Origin: an uncultured cyanobacterium
GTDB lineage: Bacteria > Cyanobacteriota > Cyanobacteriia > PCC-6307 > Cyanobiaceae
Length of the DNA: 64,000 nt
Direction of reading: 5' to 3'
NCBI GenBank assembly: GCA_963697335.1
Contig: CAVONQ010000018.1
Coordinates: forward strand, 160,001-224,000
This document shows, piece after piece, positions 9,941-17,029 of this stretch; position 1 is the stretch's first letter, and each line of letters opens with the position of its first letter. The position numbers and the translations under genes were made by a program. The notes beneath the pieces were generated by a model, which ran no database searches, had not been told where the DNA came from, and saw nothing but the letters and a program-made list of their open reading frames with translations.

Positions 9941-10150
9941 ATGACCTCCACTGAAACCCAGCCCCTGCTTCTGGACACCCAGCCGCTGGTGCTCAGCGTG
10001 GTGAGCCTGTGGGAAGTGGCCATCAGGTCGTCCCTCGGGCGAGCCGATTTCCAGGTGGAGGCTGCCGCCCTGCGGCTGGGTCTGCTGGGGCAGGGATTTC
10101 GCGAACTCCCCTTGCGCCCTCAGCATGTGCAGGTGGTGCAGGTCCAGGTG
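9941..10150 (+). pseudogene. VapC/PIN toxin with internal deletion and lost C-terminus
   Basis: LLLDTQ joined directly to PLVLSVVSLWEVAIRSSLGRADF...GFRELPLRPQHV; the HRDPFDR-type C-terminus is absent. Confidence 0.75.
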
Positions 10151-10254
10151 GAAGGCCTGCAGCCGCACCGGCCTGGATCCCTCCACGAAGGAAGGCGAGC
10201 TCGGGCTGCTGTTTGCGCGGATCGAAGGGCTGACTCGCGTTGCCAGCCACCTCG

Positions 10255-10545
10255 ATGCCCTCCGCGGCTGATTGCAGCGCAGCTCCATTGGCTCCCCTTT
10301 CGGGCACAGTCCTGCGCATCGTCGATCGCCAGGGCGAAAGCGGCACGGCTGATCTGGTGGAGAGCCTCCGAGAGCAGGCGCCTCTCGAGCAGTTGATCGA
10401 GGGCATCAAGCCGCCTATCCCCACCGACCTGCTCCTGCTCACGCCCTATGCCTTCAGCAGCCCACCGTTCGACGTCCAGGACTGGACCCTGGAGATCACC
10501 TCCGAGGGGGTGACGGCCGTGTGCTTCGGCGGCGCCCTGAGGTGA
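10255..10545 (+). pseudogene. Probable RES-domain toxin remnant (internal deletion)
   Basis: GTVLRIVDRQ..GTADLVESLREQAPLEQLIEGIKPP..LLLTPY resembles RES-protein N-termini; the catalytic core is missing. Confidence 0.5.
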
Positions 10546-10609
10546 CGCTGCCGGTGAGCGAGCCATGGACCGCGCAGCCTTTTGCTGCTAGTACAGGTGT
10601 ACTTCATCT

Positions 10610-10885
10610 GTGGCTGCCATGGTTGCTTCCCCTTCGCTCTTCCCGCTCGCAGGCCAGGCACGGCCGGAGGTCGTTCACGACTGGCCCTATCTGACGCAGC
10701 CGGTGCTGGTGGCCAGCCGCAGCCGCCAGGTGTGTCTCACCTGCCGCTTCTTTCGCCACCAGGCCGCTGCGGACGCCATTCCCCTGCTCACCTGTCAGCT
10801 CCACCGGGGTCTGATCGCCCACGGTGAGCACCTCACCCGCCGCTGTATTGGCTGGAGCGATGGTCTGCATGGCCAGCGGGGCTGA
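10610..10885 (+). CDS. Small Cys-rich conserved cyanobacterial hypothetical protein
   Basis: DWPYL...VCLTCRFFRH...LTCQLHRGLIAHGEHLTRRC.GW. Confidence 0.65.
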   Translation: MAAMVASPSLFPLAGQARPEVVHDWPYLTQPVLVASRSRQVCLTCRFFRHQAAADAIPLLTCQLHRGLIAHGEHLTRRCIGWSDGLHGQRG

Positions 10886-10910
10886 GGGTGGCCCGGGCTG
10901 CTGAGCCTCT

Positions 10911-11150
10911 TCAGCCCTCGCCTGCTTCGCCGCCCTCACCACCTTCGTCGGCTTCACCAGCCGCCCCGTCCTCCCCGGCTCGGTTGTCTTTCGGCAGGGC
11001 GTTGCCGCTTGGGCTGGTGAGTTCGGGTCTGCCTTCGTTGCCCTCGCCGCTTTCGCCCCCTTCCATGGGTTCGGGCTGACGGCCGCAGCCCAGGCTGCCA
11101 GCCACCAGGCCTGCCGTGGCGAGAAAGAGGGCGAGGCTGGAGCGGGCCAT
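10911..11150 (-). CDS. Small acidic Gly/Glu-rich lipoprotein with EGGEG repeats
   Basis: Signal peptide with lipobox-like SLGC; mature part EGGESGEGNEG...GEADEGGEGGEAGEG. Confidence 0.7.
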   Translation of the reverse strand: MARSSLALFLATAGLVAGSLGCGRQPEPMEGGESGEGNEGRPELTSPSGNALPKDNRAGEDGAAGEADEGGEGGEAGEG

Positions 11151-11241
11151 GGGAGGGGCATTCGTATTCAGAGATCATGGTGCTGGTGGCGGGGGCGGAT
11201 GAGGCCAAGGCGTCACCGTTCGCCGTGCTTTTGGTCACCCC

Positions 11242-11907
11242 ATGCGCTTTGCGATCGAGCCCCTGCTGTCTCCGGAGCAGGCGGCCGCCATGGGCGAGGC
11301 CCTGCTTGCTGAGTCAGCCGTCTGGAGGCCTGGGGTCGACACCGCCGGCTGGCACGCCCGCACGGTGAAACACAACCGACAGCTCGATCCGGACTCACCA
11401 CTGCATAGCCGCCTCAGCCAGCAGGTGCGCCAGGCCCTGCTGGCCCATCCGCTGGCGGCCGCGGCTGCCCTGCCCGTGCGGGTGCACGGGGTGTTGTTCA
11501 GCCGCTGCGGCCCGGGCGAGGGTTACGGCCGCCACGTGGACAACGCCTACATGAAGGAGGGCCGGAGCGACCTCTCCTTCACCCTGTTTCTGAGCGAGCC
11601 AGGGGCCTATGAGGGCGGCACCCTGGTGCTGGAATCGCCCGGTGCCGAAGAGGCGCTGCGGCTGCCGGCCGGCCACGCCATCGTCTACCCCAGCACCCTG
11701 CTGCACCGGGTGGAGCCGGTGCTGGCGGGGGAGCGGCTGGTGGCCGTGGGCTGGATCCAGAGCCGGGTGCGCCAGGCCGATCAGCGCGAGCTGCTGTTCG
11801 AACTCGACACCGCCCGCCGGGCTCTGTTCGCCAGCCAGAGCCATGGCGAGGTGTTTGACCTGATCAGCCGCAGCTACACCAACCTGCTGCGCCGCTGGGG
11901 CGACTGA
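11242..11907 (+). CDS. PKHD-type Fe(II)/2OG-dependent hydroxylase (PiuC/YbiX family)
   Basis: TAGWHARTVKHNRQL, YGRHVDN, RSDLSFTLFLS, YEGG, YPSTLLHRVEPV..GER..VGWIQS, RELLFELD. Confidence 0.92.
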   Translation: MRFAIEPLLSPEQAAAMGEALLAESAVWRPGVDTAGWHARTVKHNRQLDPDSPLHSRLSQQVRQALLAHPLAAAAALPVRVHGVLFSRCGPGEGYGRHVDNAYMKEGRSDLSFTLFLSEPGAYEGGTLVLESPGAEEALRLPAGHAIVYPSTLLHRVEPVLAGERLVAVGWIQSRVRQADQRELLFELDTARRALFASQSHGEVFDLISRSYTNLLRRWGD

Positions 11908-11946
11908 CGGCTGGGCGGCCGGTGTGGCCGAGACTGAGCCCGCTGC

Positions 11947-13647
11947 TCAGCCGAGCGCGCCCACGGCCTGCTGCAGCGCGGCCTGGCGGCTGATGGCGGT
12001 GCGCTCCGGCGGCAACTTGGCGTAGAGCCCGAGCTTCTCGAGCCGCTGGCGGGTGGTGCCGCTGGCCCCCACCACGAACACCTCGCGGCCCTTCTCGATC
12101 GCCTCCTCCACGGCGTTCTCCACCGCCAGGGCTGAGGTGACCCCCAGGTGGGAGACCTCGGTGAGGTCAAACACCACCGCCTTGCACTCGCCGATGGCGT
12201 TGTGTTCGCGGCCGATCGCCTTGGCCACACCAAAGATCATCGCGCCGGTGAGCTGGAACAGCAGCACCTGGCCCTTGCCCTGATCCAGCAGGGCCTTCTC
12301 CTCACCGCTGAGCAGCAGGTCGCCGTCGCCGGTGGAGATCGACTTGACCGAGCGGCTCTGCAGGGCGCTCATCTTGTCGATGGTGAGGATGTTGGCGATG
12401 AACACGCCGATGCCCACGGCGGCGATCAGGTCCACCAGCACGGTGAGGCCGATCACCAGATACATGATCAGGGCGCCGGTGAGCGAGATCCGGTGGGCGC
12501 GCTTGAGGAAGCTCCAGTCGACGATGTCAAAGCCCACCTTGAGGGCGATGCCGGCGAGCACGGCCTGGGGGATCTGGGCGGCGAGGCCACTGCCGGCCAG
12601 GATCACCAGCATCAGGATCAGGGCGCGGCTGAGGCCGGAGAGGGCACTGCGGCCGCCGGCCTGGATGTTGACCACGGTGCCCATGGTGGCTCCGGCGCCG
12701 GCGATGCCGCCGAACAGACCGGAGGCGAGGTTGCCGAGGCCCTGGCCGATCAGCTCCTTGTTGGAGTCGTGCTCGGTGCGGGTGATGCTGTCGGCCACCA
12801 CGGCGGTGAGCAGGGCGTCGATGCAGCCCAGCATTCCCAGCACGGCGGCATCGACAACCATCAGCCGCAGCTGGGGCAGCTCCACATGGGGAATCACCAG
12901 CTTGGGAAAGCCCGAGGCGATGGCCCCGATGCGGCGGATGCCCTCCACCTCAGCCGAGCCATCGGCCCCGCTCAGCAGGGTGAGCGAGAGCACGGTGCCG
13001 GCGATCAGGGCGATCAGCTGGGGCGGTGCCACCTTTTTCAGCCGGGCCGGCGTCAGCCACAGGATCGCCAGGGTCACCAGGGCCAGGGTGACCTCCGCCG
13101 GCCGGGTAGCGGCCAGCAGGGAGGGAATGGCGCTGAGGGTGCCGAGCACACCGCCCTTGGGGATGGCCTGGCCCAGGAAGGGACCGATCTGGAGAATGAT
13201 CAGGATCAGGCCGATGCCGCTCATGAAGCCCGAGATCACCGTGTAGGGCATCTGGGTCACGTAGCGGCCCAGCTTGAGCAGGCCGAACAGGATCTGGAAC
13301 ACACCGGCCAGCATCACCACGGTGAAGGCCATGGCCAGGCCGTTCTCCGGGTCCCTGGCGGTGAGGCTGGCGATGACGGCGGTCATCACCACGGTCATCG
13401 GGCCGGTGGGCTCGGAAATCAGGGTGGGGGTGCCGCCGAACAGGGCGGCGAACAGACCCACCAGCACCGCCCCCCAGAGGCCGGCCGCGGCGCCGGCACC
13501 GGAGGCCACCCCGAAGGCCAGGGCCATCGGCAGGGCGATCACCGCCGCGGTGACCCCACCGAAGAGATCCCCCTTGATGTTGTTGGAGCTGAAGTGGTTC
13601 AGCAGCTGCAGGGGGGAGCGCCCCGGTGGGGCCGTATCCGTGGCCAT
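11947..13647 (-). CDS. bicA: SulP-family Na+-dependent bicarbonate transporter BicA with STAS domain
   Basis: GDLFGGVTAAVIALPMALAFG, TLISEPTGPMTVV, GCIDALLT, GAGATMGTVVNI, C-terminal STAS (MIFGVAKAI). Confidence 0.88.
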   Translation of the reverse strand: MATDTAPPGRSPLQLLNHFSSNNIKGDLFGGVTAAVIALPMALAFGVASGAGAAAGLWGAVLVGLFAALFGGTPTLISEPTGPMTVVMTAVIASLTARDPENGLAMAFTVVMLAGVFQILFGLLKLGRYVTQMPYTVISGFMSGIGLILIILQIGPFLGQAIPKGGVLGTLSAIPSLLAATRPAEVTLALVTLAILWLTPARLKKVAPPQLIALIAGTVLSLTLLSGADGSAEVEGIRRIGAIASGFPKLVIPHVELPQLRLMVVDAAVLGMLGCIDALLTAVVADSITRTEHDSNKELIGQGLGNLASGLFGGIAGAGATMGTVVNIQAGGRSALSGLSRALILMLVILAGSGLAAQIPQAVLAGIALKVGFDIVDWSFLKRAHRISLTGALIMYLVIGLTVLVDLIAAVGIGVFIANILTIDKMSALQSRSVKSISTGDGDLLLSGEEKALLDQGKGQVLLFQLTGAMIFGVAKAIGREHNAIGECKAVVFDLTEVSHLGVTSALAVENAVEEAIEKGREVFVVGASGTTRQRLEKLGLYAKLPPERTAISRQAALQQAVGALG

Positions 13648-13855
13648 CGCTACAGGGACGTGTGGTGGCCGGCACATTACTGGTGAAAATGATGGCGCCG
13701 GCGGCGTTCAGGCCGCCCGGCGCCGCCTCCACCTGGAATTCCAATGATCAGCCCAGCTGATCAGACCTGCCGGGGACGCCTGGGATTCCGATGCCGACAT
13801 TTCAGCCGCAACGGGGCTTTTCCCATTAAAAAGGCACGCTCCCGTGTCCTCGTGA

Positions 13856-15196
13856 ATGATTCCCCTGCCCACGCTGCTGATGGAAATCGGCAGTCACCAG
13901 GCGGAAGTGGCTGAAACCCTGATCGGGGTGGGTCGCTTTCTCGTGATTTTTGTAGCGGCCCGAGCCATCGCTGAAGTGATGGTGCGGCTCCAGCTCCCCA
14001 CCATCCTCGGCGAACTGGTGGCCGGGGTGCTGATCGGCGCCAGCGGCCTGCATCTGGTGCTGCCCCCCGAGGCCCAGGCGGAACTGAGTGGCGTGGTGCT
14101 GAACCTGGTGGGCTCCCTCGCCGACGTCTCTCCCGAAACGGTGGATTCCATCTACCGGGAAACCTTCCCCAGCCTCCAGGCCGTGTCGCAGCTCGGCCTG
14201 TTCGCCCTGCTCTTCCTCACAGGCCTCGAGAGCGAGCTCGACGAGCTGGTGGCGGTGGGGCTGCAGGCCAGCACGGTGGCGTTCACCGGGGTGGTGCTGC
14301 CGTTTGCCCTCGGCACCGGTGGCCTCTATTACTTCTTCCATGTGCCCCTGATCCCGGCAGTGTTTGCCGGGGCGGCGATGACGGCCACCTCGATCGGCAT
14401 CACCGCCAGCGTGTTCGGTGAGCTGCAGTGGCTCAAGCGCAAGGAAGGTCAGATCGTGATCGGCGCCGCCGTGCTCGATGACATCCTCGGCATCGTCATC
14501 CTGGCGGTGGTGGTGGCCCTGGCCGGCGGTGGCGCCTTCACCGTGGGCCCATTGCTCAAGCTCTGCGCTGCGGCCGTGGTGTTCGTGGCGGCGGCGCTCT
14601 TCCTCAGCCGCACGGCCGCCCCGGGCTTCGACTGGGTGGTGGATCGGCTCAAGGCCCCCGGCGATGTGGCGGTGGCCAGCTTCGTGGTGCTCACCCTGTG
14701 CTGCTTCGCGGCCCAGGCGATCGGCCTCGAGGCGGCTCTGGGAGCCTTTGCCGCCGGCCTCATCCTCAGCGCCTCCAAGCACACCCATGACATCGACACG
14801 GCGGTGAAGCCCTTGGTGGCCCTCTTCGCCACGGTGTTCTTCGTGCTGATCGGCACCGGCATGGACCTCTCCGTGCTCAACCCCTTCGATCCGGCCAACC
14901 GCGAAGGGCTGATCGTGGCGATGTTCCTGCTGGTGGTGGCCGTGGCCGGCAAGGTGGCGGCGGGCTGGTGTTACACCAGCAAGGAGCCCACCAACCGCCT
15001 GGTGGTGGGTCTGGGCATGATGCCCCGCGGCGAGGTGGGTCTGATCTTCCTCGGGCTCGGCACCCAGGCCAACATCCTCACTCCGGCCCTGGAAGCCGCC
15101 ATCCTGTTAATGGTGATTGGCACCACCTTCCTGGCCCCGATCCTGCTGCGGGTGGTGATCAGCTCCCAGGCCGAACCGGCCACCCAGCCCGGCTGA
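13856..15196 (+). CDS. CPA2 Na+/H+ antiporter (NhaS3-like)
   Basis: LPTILGELVAG, ATSIGIT, GAAVLDDILGI, LGAFAAG, GMMPRGEVGLIF. Confidence 0.9.
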   Translation: MIPLPTLLMEIGSHQAEVAETLIGVGRFLVIFVAARAIAEVMVRLQLPTILGELVAGVLIGASGLHLVLPPEAQAELSGVVLNLVGSLADVSPETVDSIYRETFPSLQAVSQLGLFALLFLTGLESELDELVAVGLQASTVAFTGVVLPFALGTGGLYYFFHVPLIPAVFAGAAMTATSIGITASVFGELQWLKRKEGQIVIGAAVLDDILGIVILAVVVALAGGGAFTVGPLLKLCAAAVVFVAAALFLSRTAAPGFDWVVDRLKAPGDVAVASFVVLTLCCFAAQAIGLEAALGAFAAGLILSASKHTHDIDTAVKPLVALFATVFFVLIGTGMDLSVLNPFDPANREGLIVAMFLLVVAVAGKVAAGWCYTSKEPTNRLVVGLGMMPRGEVGLIFLGLGTQANILTPALEAAILLMVIGTTFLAPILLRVVISSQAEPATQPG

Positions 15197-15201
15197 GGTC
15201 C

Positions 15202-16068
15202 ATGGGCTCCCCGTCGCCCTATGCGGGACGCAGGGTCTGCCTCACCACGCTCCACGGCAAGGAGCGGGCGCTGGCAAGGCCCTTTCTGCATGGGCTCGGG
15301 GCCAGCCTGGTGGTGGCGCCCTGCGACACCGACCAGCTCGGCACCTTCAGCGGTGAGGTGGAACGGCTGGGCGACGCCCGCGCCACCTGCCACCGCAAGG
15401 CCCTGCTCGGCCTGGAGGCCAGCGGCCTCAGCCTGGGCCTGGCCAGCGAGGCCAGCTTCGGCCCCCATCCGGTGCTGCCCCTGCTCTCGGTGGGCCAGGA
15501 GCTGTTGCTGTTTGTGGATCTGGAGCGGGGCCTCAGCGTGCTGGAGCAGCGCCTCGATCTGGCCACCACCCTGGCCCGCCGCAGCCTGGAGCCGGGGGAT
15601 CTGGACAGCGAGAGCGTTCAGGCCTGGCTGACCCAGGTGCGCTTTCCCAGCCATGCCCTGATGGCCCGCCCGGCCGATGGCCATCCCGGCCCCTGCATCA
15701 AGGCCATCCGCAGCCAAGCGGAGCTGGAGGGCGCCCTGGCCCGCTGCGCCGCGGCCAGCCCCGAGGGCCGGGTGTGGCTCGAAACTGACATGCGCGCCCA
15801 CTGCAACCCCACCCGGATGGCGAGTATCCGGCGGCTGGGCTTCAGGCTGGTGCGCCGCCTGGGGCGGCCTTGCCCCGCCTGCGGGGCCCCTGGCTGGGGG
15901 CTGCAGGACACGCTGCCCGGCCTGCCCTGCAGCTGCTGCGGCACGGCCACGGCCTTGACCGCCCAGGAGCGCTGGGGCTGTGCAGCCTGCCCCCACACCG
16001 AGTTGCAGCCCCGGCGCGACGGCCTCCAGCAGGCCGATCCAGGCCATTGCCCCTGGTGCAACCCCTGA
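15202..16068 (+). CDS. DUF6671-type protein with Cys-rich C-terminus
   Basis: TLHGKE, DTDQLGTFSGEVER, LASEASFGPHP, ETDMRAHCNPTRM, CPAC..CSCC..CAAC..CPWCNP. Confidence 0.8.
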   Translation: MGSPSPYAGRRVCLTTLHGKERALARPFLHGLGASLVVAPCDTDQLGTFSGEVERLGDARATCHRKALLGLEASGLSLGLASEASFGPHPVLPLLSVGQELLLFVDLERGLSVLEQRLDLATTLARRSLEPGDLDSESVQAWLTQVRFPSHALMARPADGHPGPCIKAIRSQAELEGALARCAAASPEGRVWLETDMRAHCNPTRMASIRRLGFRLVRRLGRPCPACGAPGWGLQDTLPGLPCSCCGTATALTAQERWGCAACPHTELQPRRDGLQQADPGHCPWCNP

Positions 16069-16435
16069 CGTCTCGGCCAGGGGAGACGGGCGGGGATCGT
16101 GAGTGGGGGAGGCACGGATCGCTGTGGTTGAAGCAACGGCCAATCACTGCCGATTACGCCGGCTTATGCATCCAATCGGGGATCCTGCGCGTGTCAGTGG
16201 GCACATTTCCTGACAGAGGTCTTAAGGTTTGCGGACCTCAATATGAACAACATTCTTTTTATGGTCACACCAGGTTTTTGATCCCCTCACTGTGGCTTGC
16301 CTGGGTTGATCAAGTCCCCTGGTTGGCCACGGCTGAGTCATCACAGTTCAGCTGCAAATCGTTGTATCGCCGAGGCGCAATGCACTGCAGCTCTATCTCT
16401 CCATCTTCGTCTCTCCGTCTCTCTCCTTTGCCATC

Positions 16436-17014
16436 ATGTCCATCTCCATGTCGAGCCGTTGTCTGCGCCTGAGCCTCCGGGCCGGCGAGACGCTTCCTGC
16501 CAATCTCTGCTGGCGCGTTGAAAAGGGCTATGTCTGGCTGGCCCGTTGGGTCCCTGGGGGAGACCCGCTCACCCTCGGGGTGTGGGGGCCTGGCGAAATG
16601 GTGATGCCCGCCCTGATCGGTCTGCCGTCGATCGAGCTGCGCTCCCTCTCCCCCGTGGTGGTGGTGGAAGAAGCCGATACCACCGTGCCGATGGAGCGGA
16701 GCTTTCTGGAGGATCAGCTACGGCAGGCGGCCCTGCTGTTGCTGCTCAGCCGGGTGCGTCCCGCCGAGGCGCGCCTGCTGCAACTGCTCGACTGGTTCGG
16801 CACCCGCTTTGGCACCATGACCATCAAGGGGGTGCGGCTCAGCTTCGGCGAACGACCCCTCACCCACCAGCAGCTCGCCGACATCGCCGGCATGACCAGG
16901 GTCACGGTGACCAAGGCCCTCACCCAGTTCCGCCAGTCCGGCGTGCTCTCCAGCGATGGCAACGGTGGGCTGTTGCTGCGCGTGCCTGCTTCCGAGCTCT
17001 GGGGCGAGGAGTGA
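16436..17014 (+). CDS. Crp/Fnr-family transcriptional regulator
   Basis: Degenerate cNMP domain (TLGVWGPGE) plus HTH LTHQQLADIAGMTRVTVTKAL. Confidence 0.88.
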   Translation: MSISMSSRCLRLSLRAGETLPANLCWRVEKGYVWLARWVPGGDPLTLGVWGPGEMVMPALIGLPSIELRSLSPVVVVEEADTTVPMERSFLEDQLRQAALLLLLSRVRPAEARLLQLLDWFGTRFGTMTIKGVRLSFGERPLTHQQLADIAGMTRVTVTKALTQFRQSGVLSSDGNGGLLLRVPASELWGEE

Positions 17015-17029
17015 TCAGGCGCTGTTCCA

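Noticed and set aside
16070..16435. sRNA or riboswitch in the AT-rich leader of the Crp gene
   Set aside because: Looks like a promoter region with a pyrimidine-rich leader; no terminator or known aptamer recognised
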